Of a DNA stretch of 64,000 nt, positions 47,530 to 61,500 are shown piece after piece. Origin of the DNA: Cyanophora paradoxa CCMP329. Lineage: Eukaryota; Plantae; Glaucophyta. The stretch's first letter is position 1. Each line of letters opens with the position of its first letter. Both the position numbers and the translations under genes were made by a program. The notes below the pieces were generated by a model. The model was not told the origin of the DNA, made no database searches, and saw only the letters and a program-made list of their open reading frames with translations. Location of the stretch: the NCBI GenBank assembly GCA_004431415.1, contig QPMI01000233.1, positions 62,001 through 126,000 on the forward strand. The letters run 5' to 3'.

Positions 47530-48984
47530 CAGTCTAGCTGATCTCGCTCCCTCCCAGAGGTCCCTCCACTTCCAAAGAACAACCGGCGCGCTCTCTCGCA
47601 GTTTATCACTGGCTTCTCCGTGCGAACTTTCATAATCTCGAGCTCCATCGCACCTTCGAAGTCTCGAGCCGCGCGCAGTACGATCTGCGAATTGAGTCTG
47701 CGTCGGCCACACCAGAGTTTGCTCCCTTCGTCCTTGCGGAGGTCTGATTATGAAATCGAATTCGAAGTTTCTCAGACATGCATATGAGATCTAATTAAAT
47801 AAATTATTTATAATCCGCGGCCGACCGGCAGGTTTTCCGCTGGGTCCCGAGGCCGGCGGCGGGTTCCGCGAGTGTCCCCTACTGTGCGTGGCGTTGGTTC
47901 TGGCCATGGGTCTCGAAAGTCCCATGATAAGCATCCGTTCGCGACGCTGATCGATGCATTGTGTCTTATTCAACAGGGGCATCATCTGCTACCCCACTGT
48001 CGAGCTTCTCAGTGAGTCTCTCTCGCATTTCCGGCGCTTTCCGCTACATAGGTCTTCTCTTGAAAGCTTCTGCTGATCTCTCTGCACACTGCATGCGCAG
48101 CTCGATCTCCTGCTGGCGTTCCTTGCGGGCGGCATTGCCCTTGCCCTGCGAGCTGGCACCCGCCTGTAGCTCCTCGGGCCCGGTGCCTCCGGATCCGGCT
48201 ACCAGCTGCAAGCTACGGATCCGGGCCCGGGATCTGTAGCTACCAGCTGCAGGCTATATATATACGGCACCGAAAAAAAGCGCTGAAGCTTCGGCTCGAT
48301 TTCGGTACCGACAATAAGAAATCCGCAATATCAAATGATAGAAATCAATTGCAAACTTGCGATCAAACGCCGATCGCGAAAAGAAAGGAAAGATACGCTT
48401 CAAGGATCAAGTACCGTTCAATGATTGCAATTGAACAAGTAAGCGGGGCACAGATCTAGATCTAGATCTAGGTCTAGATCGATATCGAGACCAGAGATTT
48501 CAAAACACAGACGTCAACAAATAAAACCCTTAGCCGACAACAAATCTAAAGAACGCACTTGGATACGCAAGATAATAGAATGACACTGTGACAGAGAACG
48601 TCGACAGGAAGTGATCATGAGAATAGGGAGTCGAATCGAACTGTCTGATAAAGTGAGACGGCCATCAGGCGGGGACCGGCCCGGCGGCGCGGCGATGGAC
48701 GGGTTAGCCCGCGGGGTGGGGGGTGGGGCGGGGCCCTCCTGCTGCTGTACGGCTCCTTAAGCTTCGAACCTCCTCCTCTCCTTCAATTCCCTCTCCGCTC
48801 CTTCAGCTTCGAACCTTAATATAAGTGGGACGACGGATCGGGAGGCCAGATCCTCCTCTTCTGCGAGAGCCACCGCGCCCAACCGATTCGTCACCGCGGC
48901 TGCCCTACAAGCTCATGCTGAAGCCCGGATCCGGAGGGGTAATTATACATATCCGGCCCGCCCCGAGCCCGCCCCGAGACCGCC

Positions 48985-49110
48985 GCCCCCCCCCCCCCCC
49001 CCCCCCCGCCACCCCTTCCCCCCCCCCCCCGCCTCTGCCGAGTACACCTCGAGTCGACGTCCGGCCGGCGGCCGTGGCCAGCTGGGGGGGGGGGGGGGGA
49101 GGGGGGGGGC
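48985..49110. repeat. Poly-C tract facing a poly-G tract (fold-back / G4 potential)
   Basis: C-runs at 48986-49030 and G-runs at 49084-49109 flank a palindrome-rich ~50-nt spacer. GGGGTTGTCAATTGCAA is repeated at ~49117 and ~49191. Confidence 0.75.
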
Positions 49111-49509
49111 CGGGCCGGGGTTGTCAATTGCAAAAAAAAAAAATTTTGCTCCCCTTAGGGGTTCTCGGGCCGGGCCGTACTGGGGCGATTGGGGTTGTCA
49201 ATTGCAAGGATCCCCGGGGGCCCTAGGCCTGAGGAGTACAGCGAATCCACACCTAAAAAATATACAGATATAATTCCGCTGTCATTTCATCAAGCGAAAC
49301 CCTTTTACAGAATGAAAAAGAAAAAGCTGATCTGCTGCCTTAGAGCACTAATGATTCGATTAAAATTCGATCATGATCACATCATTACATGTTTTTCGAC
49401 AAAGAAACCCTACGTCGAGAAAGATTACCTCTAACACTACTAGCGCGTTTCCGATAACGAAATATTAATGACAAAATTGGAATATATATATAGCCGAGCC
49501 GAGCTAGAG

Positions 49510-52500
49510 TCAGGGGAGCAACGCGGGCTCGGGGAGCGGGGGCCGAGGGCTCGGGCCCCCCCGCGCCGATTGCGGCGCGGCGCTAGCATCCGCGCCCTCC
49601 ACGGCGGGCGGCTGCAGCGCCGGCCCCGCGGCCGGTCCAGGTGCAGGCCCCGGAACCGCCTCCACGGCCACAGCGATTTCCGCCGGCGGCTCGGGCGGGG
49701 CGCGGGCCCGCTGGATCTGCTCCAGCGTCGCCCGGATCTCCCTATCGACATCGGTCCGTTAGACATCTCCAAGCGCACAGCCGCGCGGTTCGAAGGTTCG
49801 AAGCCTCAATATAAGGGGCCGCCCCGCAGCAGCAGAGGCGCGCCCCGCCCCCCGGCCCCGAACGAAGCCTAAGGGGCCGCCCCCGTTAGGTTTGGCGTGC
49901 GCACACGAAGGAGGGGCGCTTGTGGGGCTTCTTCTCGAGGCACGAGGCGACGACTCCCCTCAGCGAGGCCGGCAGCGACGCGATCACGCCTGGATCGAAG
50001 TCAGCAGATCCGGAGCACAGGCGGCGCGGATTTCGCTGCGTTCGCTGCGGGCGTCGGGGTGCGGACTCTTTGGGAAGGGGTGCCCCTTGACCACCTCCTC
50101 GGGCGCCACCAGCTGGCCCCCGTGCGGCCTCGCCCCTGCGATTTGCAACGCGAACCGATCAACGCGCGTTACTCAAGCTATAGGATAGCTTTCTTGATTC
50201 TAAGAGGATGCTGCGCACCGGTGAGCATTTCGGTCAGGACGATGCCGAAGGCCCACACCTGCGAGACGGTCGCTCGAGTGTTAGGAGTGTGGGATTTGGA
50301 GTCATTTTGCGATTTAGAGCTTCTTAAAGAAATTCGACAGTCGCTTCCGCTGAGTGCTCACGTCGGTCTTCGTCGGCACGACGTCCTTCCCGTACGTCTC
50401 TGCAGGAGCGAAAAGTAAGAAGCGTTCGAATTCACTGCTTTCGGGAGGCGCTGTGATTCTGGCCCGCGTCCGCACCAGGTGGCATGTACAATCTGCGGTG
50501 GGAAAGTGGGGCGGATTTACATCAGCACGCTTGAAATATCGCGCAAGCAATCAAATTCACAGCGCACAGGGTTCCGCGGAGAGATTTGGCTGTGTCGACG
50601 TGCCGCGAAATACCTGCACAAAGAGACGCGCGTGGTCAGCGTATATCCCGGGGGTCCGTACGTCGCAGTCCAAGCAATGCTGGAGATATCGATGGGAGGG
50701 CGCTTGGGTTTGAACAGATGCCACCCGCACCGAAGTCGCAGACGCGCAGCGTGTAGCCGCTGAGGGAGCTCTGCGAGATTGAAGGTAAGGAAAATCGCAA
50801 ACATATTTATTCAGTTCGAAGGACGCACGTCGCTCTTGCGGTTGAGGAGGATGTTTTGGGGTTTCTGAGGCCGGACGCGGCGTGAGCTTCGCGCGCCGAG
50901 GGCCGCAGCGCACAGATTCTTAAAATTAAAAAAGCACACCAGGTCGCGGTGGGCGACGGGCTGCGGCAGCTCGTGGTGGAGGTACGCCAGGCCTAAAACG
51001 AATCCGCGTGAATCCGCGGTCCCACATTGGGCCCTCGCGATCGGGCGGGCGCACCGGAGGCGATCTGGAGGGCGAAGTCTAGGGCGAGGGACTCGGGGAG
51101 GACGGGGTGGCTCGCCAGCAGCGCCGAGAGCGACATGTCCGCCAGCGGCAGCACTGCGGCCGGCCGCGGGCCGGGCCGTCAGCGATCGGCACCGGCACCG
51201 GGCCCGCCTGCTCTAGTTGCAATGCTAGCCGCCTGCTAGGCGCCGGCTGCTCTAGAGAGCGCGGGCCGCGATGGCTAGCTGTAACCGCTCACCGATGTAG
51301 AGCTTGAAGCGGTCGCGGAAGATGATCTCGACGGGCAGCACGTTCGGGTGGCGGCATGCCTGTTCGAGATCGTGAGCAACGCAGTCGTGTGCGAACTCGT
51401 ATAGAAACGCGTGAAAAGATTGCGCCATCTATACACTAACTAGAGATTGCGTGAAAGAAAGATGGAAACGCGTAAAGAAACGTTAAGGAAAGATTCACTG
51501 ACCATTTGGATGGAGGCGCCGTGGATCTCGCGCGCGGCGACGGCGGCGTCGCCGAGGGCGACCTCTTTCACCGCCCGCCGGACGACCAGCGCCCCCGCCT
51601 CGCGCTCCGCCGCCGGCACCCACGCCGCCTTCCCCGCCGGGATCGCCACCGCGTACACTGCGCGCGATCGCCGCGCCCGTGAGCGCAAGCGAGAGCGGCT
51701 ATCAACGTTACGATGCGCTAAAAGACTCTTTCGGCCATTGAATTCGCGTCGATCTCTGTAAATTTAAGCATGAACAGCGCACCGCGTCCAAAGGCGCCCT
51801 CGCCGAGGAGCCCGAGCGGCTCGCGGACCGCCGCCAGGAGCGCCTCGGGCGGGGCCGGGATGTGCCGCACCGCCCGCGCGGCGCCCGGCGAGAGGCCGTC
51901 GCCGTTGCCGGTCTTGCCGGGGGCTTTTGCGCCCGACTGGCCCTCGCCGGCGCCGGCCAGCAGGTCGACGTCGACTTGCGTCAACGGCGGGTACTCCATG
52001 TCGATCTGCGCCGGCACCAGTGAGAACGCCGCCATCATATCGCACGAATACGATCCAATGGCCAGTGAGGAAGGCGAATTCTGCTACGAGCACGAAAGCA
52101 AAGTGAGCGCACCCAGACGGTCGTGGCGCCGTGCGAGCCCGTGCCGCCCGACGCAGAAGTCGACTGCAAAAGGGATCCTCCGGTAAACCCGCTGTTCGAT
52201 CCCGAACCCGAATCCGAGGAGCCGACTCCGAGGCCCGCCTGCCCGAGCGACACGGGCTCTGAGGCGCCGCGCGCCCGCCTCTTCCGCCGCACGTACACGA
52301 ACAGCAGCACCGCGGCGAGCAGAGCCGCCACGCCTGCGGCCGCCCCGCCCGCCGCGACGCCCGCGGCCGACGCCGACCCGGACCCGGAGCTCGAGGCGCC
52401 GCCGCCCGCCGCCGCGCCTCCGGTTTCGCTCGGCGGCGGCGTTGGCGCGGCCCGCGAGGGCGGGGCGGGCTCGTTGGAGGAGGAGACGGGAACGATGGCG

Positions 52501-55500
52501 GCGCCCTCGGCCAGCTGCCACTCGACGTCGCCGGCGGGCGGGCGGCCGACGAAGGAAACGTTGGCGAGCGACTCGACGGTCCGGTCCTCCAGGCCCGGCA
52601 GGATCAGGGCCGAGGCGCGCGTGAGGTTCACCAGCGCGGCCAGCGCCGTCGACGCTGCGGCCGGCGCCGCCGGGTCGGCCACGAGGGAAAGGCGGAAGAG
52701 GATGGACCCGCAGCGGATCTCGTCGACGCGGACGCGGGCGGACGATGAGGCGGGAAGGCCGCTCCGCTCGAGGAAGCGGTAAACGAGGGCGTCGAGGGCG
52801 CGCGAGACGTCGTCGGCGCGCGTGGCGCGCAGGTACGCCTCGCACTCGGCGCGCGTGGCGGGGACGGAGAGGACGAGGGTGATCGTGGCGGCCGCGGCCG
52901 CGGGCGAGGGCGAGGGCGTGGGCGAGGGCAAGGACGGGGGCGCGGGCGTGGAGGATGGGAACGGAGTCGAGTTGGGAGGTAGAGCTGGAGGGGACGGAGA
53001 TGGCGTGGTAGGGGGCGTAGCCGACGGCGTCGCGGTCGACGCGGTGCGCGGGGGGAAGGAGAGGGTCTGGGCCCGGCGCTCGCCATCGGCAGGGTACGAG
53101 CAGTTGCCCGATACGAGCGGGATGGCGCCTGAGGAGCGGGCACGAGTGGCGCCCCCGCATCAGACGGCTCGGATCAATTTCACAGGATGCGAGCAACTGC
53201 GCTGACGCACCGACAAGGCGGACGAAGCGCGACGGCGTCCCGGCTCCAGACGAAATCATCCTGACCGGAAATGTTAACAGAAATCCGGCGAGAAACCAAT
53301 GAATTCTCGCATCCACGCACGTTGTGCAGGTGCCGCAGTCGGAGTCGTGCGCAGCATCGTCGAGCCCCACGCTGGCGTCGAGCGAGTACGGCGGGGCGGC
53401 AGCGATTTCGACGGCGCCTCCGACGGCCACCTCGAGCAGAGAGGCCGGGCCGCCCTCCTCGACGGCGAGGAGCGCCCCGTGGCAGCTGCCAAGGACGAGG
53501 CGCCGATTCTCGGTGGCGGCGATCTGCGCCCTTGGAAATCGTGCCACCCGCCGGAACCCCAGGGTAGGCGCCGCGAGATCAACCTCGCTGTCGGATCACG
53601 AAGATGTCAGAATTTGTGCGGGAATTCGCGCGTTTTTATGCGTTGCGCACTACACGTCGACGGTGCTCGTGGAGGTAGGCGGGTCGGCGTTCGCGGAGTA
53701 CCAGCGGCTCCCAACCCGCGCGCACGCTGCGCTGGAGAGCACCGGGGCGCCGCCCTGGCCGTCGGGGACCACCGTCGACCAGGCGCGGTCCTCGCTCGAG
53801 AACCTGGCGCGAAAGTCGAGTGAGCTTTCGGTCCATGTAGTGTATTATTGCAAAGTTCTCAGATCTAGACTTCTTTGTAGATTCTTTACGGATTTGTGAT
53901 TTATGCTATCATTGCGCACGCGATCAGGTCGCTCTTGCCTCCGACGCCGATTGTCCCCGCCATGACCCACACGCGGCCATCGTACACGGTGACACCTGCA
54001 GTCCATTTAAGGCCGGGGCATGTTTTGTGAAAGATTAAATTAAAGCAGCTCACAGTGTCCGGTTCTCGGATTCGGAAGCGCGGGAAGCTCGACCCAGGCG
54101 TCGAAATCGGTGGAAAACGCCCAGAACGACGACGAGAGCGCCGCGCCCCCGTCCTTGTAGCCGCCTGCAGAGCCCTCAGCTCGTGCTCGCGTGTGAAACA
54201 CCGGATCTGCAACCCGGTGCAGCGCACCAGCGCAGTAGACCGCGCGCTCGCGGTCCCACGTGCACCGCGTGCCGCGGCCCAGGATCGGTTGCTGCACGAT
54301 TGCTTGTGTCCATGCCCCCGAGTCTGTCGACATCACTCAGAAAGAGAACATGGAAGGGATACGTTTGATTCATGATGTCTTACCGACATCAAGGACATAC
54401 ACATCGCCGAGAAGATCGGAGCCGGCTTGCACAACGCCCGTGCCGTCCAGAGCGAACGAGCCTCCCAGCACTGTGAACATCAGGCGGCCCGCAGGGCTCC
54501 GGAAGAGGACGCCGCTGCCGACGAACTGCCGCCGGACGCTTGCCGGAGCTGGAACGTCTTGGAGGGTCAGATGATACACGCCTGCGCGGAATGCGTGAGA
54601 CATTCGCTCGCAAACTGCAACCGACTTCTCGAATAACGTTATATTAAAAACGAACCTGGAACGACAAGCGGACCCAAGGAGGTTGTCTGCGACACGGCCA
54701 GCGACGAGCGCGCCGCTACCCCGCAGCTCAGAACGTAGCTGCCAGCCCGCGATATTTGGACCGCCACGGAGACGTTGACGTTAACCGTTGCAGGCCCGGC
54801 GGCCACCTGAGGCAACTCTGTGCTGACTCTGTACGGGCCGCCGGATCCGGTGCAGCTCGTGTCGACGGCGACAACGCTCTGTCCAGTCCAGATACCCACT
54901 TCGAGTTCCACGAGAGACGCGTTGAAAGCACGTTGCACGTAAACGGCCGGGGCCCATGGCGAGGCTGCGCATAGTATTTAAATACTGGAAAAAATCGAGG
55001 AGCAATCGAAATCCTGCAGAACGCACCGACAGGGACGGTAACGTTTGATCGAACGGGCGGAGAAAACAGATCGATAGACGATCGGACACGAGTGGAGCAG
55101 GCCAGCGTGTACGAAGCATTGTATGACGATAAGACAGAGATGGAAAGGGTCTTCGAAAAGACAAAATCTCCGGAGACGCTCGCATCAAGCGCGTAGGGGC
55201 CGCCAAAGCCGTCACAGGTGGTGATGACAGAAACTATGCTCTGCCCGGCACCGAAGACTGCGTTAGCGCTTATGAGAGTGCTGTTCTGAGCCACAAAGTT
55301 TGCCGATGGCGCCGCGGGAACAGCTTGAAAGAAATGTAAGCATCAGTTCAGTGCGTGGGATGGACGAAACATAAGTATCGGCGCACCAGCAGGGACCCAC
55401 ACATATCCAGACGGCACAGCCAGCTCCGACGGAAGGCCCGTCGACCCCCTCACCAGCGCCGCGCACGCCAGCGTGTAGTTCCCGCTGTACTTGGGCGCCA

Positions 55501-58500
55501 CCGTCAGTGCCACGCTCGCCTCCGCCGCCGCCCCGTCGCTCGCGTTGACGGAAGCAAATGCAGCGTACGGGCCGCCGTGGCCCGAGCAGTTCAGCTCCGC
55601 TCTTGCGACGCTCTGGCCCGGCGTGAAGTGCACTGCGGCTGTTACGCGTGTCGCGTTGTTCACGACCACCACGACATCCGACGGGGCCCAGGGCGTCGCT
55701 GCACGAGCGCAGCTGATAAGAAACGTGGCATCCTGTCTGCTCCTGGCAGCGCATGCGAACCTGCAGGCACATCAACCGCAAACGACGACGTTTCCGACGC
55801 CAGGCCTGTTGATGCTCGCGCGAGGGTCGAGCACGCCAGTCTGTAGCCTCCCGTGTACGACAGCGCAATGGCGAGCTCCACTGCCGTCCCGGAAGCGCCG
55901 GCGTCGGTGACCGCGACGCTCCTTGCGTACGGGCCGCTGAAGCCCTCGCACGCCAGCTCCAGCGCCGCTACGCTCTGGCCGGCGGTGAACTTGAAGAGAA
56001 ACGCGACACGCGTCGCGTTTGTGGCCGCGGCCGACTCGACGGACGGCCGCCAAGGAGACGCTGTGTGAAAGCGCCGCAGAGTCAGCGAACGATGGCAAGC
56101 TCGCGGTTAACCTTGAGCAGACGTCGCAAACTCAACCGCTACTCGGAGGGCGCTCACCGGGAGGAACGGTGGCGATCTCTGCGAACGCGACAGATGCCGA
56201 CGGCAGTCCCGCGGACGCCCGGACCAGTGCTGTGCACGCCAGCGTGTAGTTCCCGAAGTACTTCGGCGCCACCGTGAGCGACACGTTGGCTACGGCCACC
56301 GCTCCATCGTTCGCGTTGACTAAAGCGGATGCATAGTACGGGCCGCCATGGCCCGAGCAGTTCAGCTCCGCCCTCGCGACGCTCTGGCCCGGCGTGAACC
56401 GCAGCACGGCCGTCACGCGGGTCGCGTTCTCCACAGACACAGCGACGCCCGACGGGGCCGAAGGCGCCGCTGCGCGCGCGCAGAGCGCCGTCGGTTGATT
56501 CGCAACGTAATGCATCCTGTGAACGGGGCGGCGGGGCAGCGCGTGCGAACCTGCAGGCACGTCGACTGCGAATGCCGACGCTTCCGACGCCAGGCCTGTT
56601 GACGCTCGCGCGAGGGCTGAGCACGCCAGCCTGTAGCCTCCCGTGTACGATGGCGCGACGGCGAGCTCTACAGCCGTCCCGGAAGCGCCAGTGTCGGAGA
56701 CCGGTACAGGCTTTCCGTACGGTCCGCCGAAGCCCTCGCACGCCAGCTCCAGCGCCGCTACACTCTGGCCCGCTGTGAAGTTCAGGAGAACTGAAATGCG
56801 TGTCGCGTTTGTTGCCGCGGCCGACTTGATGAATGGCCGCCAAGGAGACGCTGCGCGAAGGTGCGACAGAGTCAGCGGATTCCGGCGAGCTCACGACCAC
56901 CCCTCAAAAAAAGTCGCTCACCGGGAGGAATCGTGGCGATGTCTGAATACGTGACAGCTGCCGACTGTAGTCCCGTGGACGCCCTCACGAGCGTTGTGCA
57001 CGTGAGGCTGTAGTTTCCGCTGTACTTCGGCTCCACCGTCAGCGACACGTTGGCCCCCGCCACCGCCCCATCGCTGGCGTTGACGGCGGCAGCCACCGAG
57101 TAGAGCCGTCCGTCGCCGGAGCAGTTCACCTCCGCCCATGCGACGCTCTGGCCTGGCGTAAAGCGCAGGACGGCCGTTGCGCGAGTCGCGTTCTCCACAG
57201 ACACCGCAAGCTCCAACGGGTCCCAGGGCGAAGCTGCCGAACACATCAAAGTCAGCGGTCGTGGGCAGCAAGCCGACATGAGTCTCCAGCTGCAAGCTTC
57301 GGCCCTGGCCTTGCGAACTATTTTGCGTCAAATCGTTCCAATCCTACTATCCCTCCCGTCTAGCTAAATAGAGACACTCATTCTCGCCCTTATGATCGGT
57401 CCCAACGCTAACGAACAACGCACCAGCCGGAACCCACACTGAGCTCGACGGCACAGCCAGCGCCGACGGAAGGCCCGTCGACCCCCTCACCAGCGCCGTG
57501 CACGCCAGCGTGTAGTTCCCGCTGTACTTCGACGCCACCGTCAGTGCCACGCTCGCCTCCGCCGCCGCCCCGTCGCTCCCGTTGACGAAAGCGAATGCGG
57601 CGTACGGGCCGCCATGGCCCGAGCAGTTCAGCTCCGCCCTCGCGACGCTCTGCCCCGGCGTGAACCGCAGCAAGGCCGTCACGCGGGTCGCGTTCTCCAC
57701 AAACACAGCGACGCTCGACGGGCCCGAAGGCGCCGCTGCGCGCGCGCAGAGCGCCGTCGGTTGATTCGCAACGTAATGCATCCTGTAAACGGGGCGGCGG
57801 GGCAGCGCGTGCGAACCTGCGGGCACGTCGACTGCGAACGCCGACGCTTCCGACGCCAGGCCTGTTGACGCTCGCGCGAGGGCTGAGCACGCCAGCCTGT
57901 AGCCTCCCGTGTACAATGGCGCGACGGCGAGCTCCACTGACGTCCCGGAAGCGCCAGTGTCGGAGACCGGTACAGGCTTTTCGTACGGTCCGCCGAAGCC
58001 CTCGCACGCCAGCTCCAGCGCCGCTACGCTCTGGCCCGCTGTGAAGTTCAGGAGGACAGAAATGCGTGTCGCGTTTGTTGCCGCGGCCGACTTGATGAAT
58101 GGCCGCCAAGGAGACGCTGCGCGAAGGTGCGACAGAGTCAGCGGATTCTGGCGAGCTCACGACCACCGGTACCCCTCAAAAGAAGTCGCTCACCGGGAGG
58201 AATCGTGGCGATATCTGAATACGTGACAGCTGCCGACTGTAGTCCCGTGGACGCCCTCACGAGCGCTGTGCACGTGAGGCTGTAGTTTCCGCTGTACTTC
58301 GGCTCCACCGTCAGCGACACGTTGGCCCCCGCCACCGCCCCATCGCTGGCGTTGACGGCGGCAGCCACCGAGTAGAGCCGTCCGTCGCCGGAGCAGTTCA
58401 CCTCCGCCCATGCGACGCTCTGGCCTGGCGTAAAGCGCAGGACGGCCGTTGCGCGAGTCGCGTTCTCCACAGACACCGCAAGCTCCAACGGGTCCCAGGG

Positions 58501-61500
58501 CGAAGCTGCCGAACACATCAAAGTCAGCGGCCGTGGGCAGCAAGCCGACATGAGTCTCCAGCTGCAAGCTTCGGCCCTGGCCTTGCGAACTATTTTGCGT
58601 CAAATCGTTCCAATCCTACTATCCCTCCCGTCTAGCTAAATAGAGACACTCATTCTCGCCCTTATGATCGGTCCCAACGCTAACGAACAACGCACCAGCC
58701 GGAACCCACACTGAGCTCGACGGCACAGCCAGCGCCGACGGAAGGCCCGTCGACCCCCTCACCAGCGCCGTGCACGCCAGCGTGTAGTTCCCGCTGTACT
58801 TCGGCGCCACCGTCAGTGCCACGCTCGCCTCCGCCGCCGCCCCGTCGCTCCCGTTGACGAAAGCGAATGCAGCGTACGGGCCGCCATGGCCCGAGCAGTT
58901 CAGTTCCACCCTCGCGACGCTCTGGCCCGGCGTGAACCGCAGCACGGCCGTCACGCGGGTCGCGTTCTCCACAAACACAGCGACGCCCGACGGGGCCGAA
59001 GGCGCCGCTGCGCGCGCGCAGAGCGCCGTCGGTTGATTCGCAACGTAATGCATCCTGTGAACGGGGCGGCGGGGCAGCGCGTGCGAACCTGCGGGCACGT
59101 CGACTGCGAACGCCGACGCTTCCGACGCCAGGCCTGTTGACGCTCGCGCGAGGGCCGAGCACGCCAGCCTGTAGCCTCCCGTGTACGACGGCGCGACGGC
59201 GAGCTCCACCTCCGTCCCGGAAGCGCCAGTGTCGGAGACCGGTACAGGCTTTCCGTACGGTCCGCCGAAGCCCTCGCACGCCAGCTCCAGCGCCGCTACA
59301 CTCTGGCCCGCTGTGAAGTTCAGGAGAACTGAAATGCGTGTCGCGTTTGTTGCCGCGGCCGACTTGATGAATGGCCGCCAAGGAGACGCTGCGCGAAGGT
59401 GCGACAGAGTCAGCGGATTCCGGCGAGCTCACGACCACCCCTCAAAAGAAGTCGCTCACCGGGAGGAATCGTGGCGATATCTGAATACGTGACAGCTGCC
59501 GACTGTAGTCCCGTGGACGCCCTCACGAGCGCTGTGCACGTGAGGCTGTAGTTTCCGCTGTACTTCGGCTCCACCGTCAGCGACACGTTGGCCCCCGCCA
59601 CCGCCCCATCGCTGGCGTTGACGGCGGCAGCCACCGAGTAGAGCCGTCCGTCGCCGGAGCAGTTCACCTCCGCCCATGCGACGCTCTGGCCTGGCGTAAA
59701 GCGCAGGACGGCCGTTGCGCGAGTCGCGTTCTCCACAGACACCGCAAGCTCCAACGGGTCCCAGGGCGAAGCTGCCGAACACATCGAAGTCAGCGGTCGT
59801 GGGCAGCAAGCCGACATGAGTCTCCAGCTGCAAGCTTCGGCCCTGGCCTTGCGAACTATTTTGCGTCAAATCATTCCAATCCTACTATCCCTCCCGTCTA
59901 GCTAAATAGAGACACTCATTCTCGCCCTTATGATCGGTCCCAACGCTAACGAACAACGCACCAGCCGGAACCCACACTGAGCTCGACGGCACAGCCAGCG
60001 CCGACGGAAGGCCCGTCGACCCCCTCACCAGCGCCGTGCACGCCAGCGTGTAGTTCCCGCTGTACTTCGGCGCCACCGTCAGTGCCACGCTCGCCTCCGC
60101 CGCCGCCCCGTCGCTCCCGTTGACGAAAGCGAATGCGGCGTACGGGCCGCCATGGCCCGAGCAGTTCAGCTCCGCCCTCGCGACGCTCTGCCCCGGCGTG
60201 AACCGCAGCAAGGCCGTCACGCGGGTCGCGTTCTCCACAGACACAGCGACGCTCGACGGGGCCGAAGGCGCCGCTGCGCGCGCAGAGCGCCGTCGGTTGA
60301 TTCGCAACGCAATGCATCCTGTGAACGGGGCGGCGGGGCAGCGCGTGCGAACCTGCGGGCACGTCGACTGCGAACGCCGACGCTTCCGACGCCAGGCCCG
60401 TTGACGCTCGCGCGAGGGCCGAGCACGCCAGCCTGTAGCCTCCCGTGTACAATGGCGCGACGGCGAGCTCCACTGACGTCCCGGAAGCGCCAGTGTCGGA
60501 GACCGGTACAGGCTTTCCGTACGGTCCGCTGAAGCCCTCGCACGCCAGCTCCAGCGCCGCTACGCTCTGGCCCGCTGTGAAGTTCAGGAGGACAGAAATG
60601 CGTGTCGCGTTTGTTGCCGCGGCCGACTTGATGAATGGCCGCCAAGGAGACGCTGCGCGAAGGTGCGACAGAGTCAGCGGATTCTGGCGAGCTCACGACC
60701 ACCGGTACCCCTCAAAAGAAGTCGCTCACCGGGAGGAATCGTGGCGATATCTGAATACGTGACAGCTGCCGACTGTAGTCCCGTGGACGCCCTCACGAGC
60801 GCTGTGCACGTGAGGCTGTAGTTTCCGCTGTACTTCGGCTCCACCGTCAGCGACACGTTGGCCCCCGCCACCGCCCCATAGCTGGCGTTGACGGCGGCAG
60901 CCACCGAGTAGAGCCGTCCGTCGCCGGAGCAGTTCACCTCCGCCCATGCGACGCTCTGGCCTGGCGTAAAGCGCAGGACGGCCGTTGCGCGAGTCGCGTT
61001 CTCCACAGACACCGCAAGCTCCAACGGGTCCCAGGGCGAAGCTGCCGAACACATCGAAGTCAGCGGTCGTGGGCAGCAAGCCGACATGAGTCTCCAGCTG
61101 CAAGCTTCGGCCCTGGCCTTGCGAACTATTTTGCGTCAAATCGTTCCAATCCTACTATCCCTCCCGTCTAGCTAAATAGAGACACTCATTCTCGCCCTTA
61201 TGATCGGTCCCAACGCTAACGAACAACGCACCAGCCGGAACCCACACTGAGCTCGACGGCACAGCCAGCGCCGACGGAAGGCCCGTCGACCCCCTCACCA
61301 GCGCCGTGCACGCCAGCGTGTAGTTCCCGCTGTACTTCGGCGCCACCGTCAGTGCCACGCTCGCCTCCGCCGCCGCCCCGTCGCTCGCGTTGACGGAAGC
61401 GAATGCGGCGTACGGGCCGCCATGGCCTGAGCAGTTCAGCTCCGCCCTCGCGACGCTCTGCCCCGGCGTGAACCGCAGCAAGGCCGTCACGCGGGTCGCG

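Noticed and set aside
44160-48490. Dense restriction-site-like hexamers as vector/polylinker contamination
   Set aside because: They are dispersed through native introns and exons and arise as paralogue-specific insertions, with no vector backbone.
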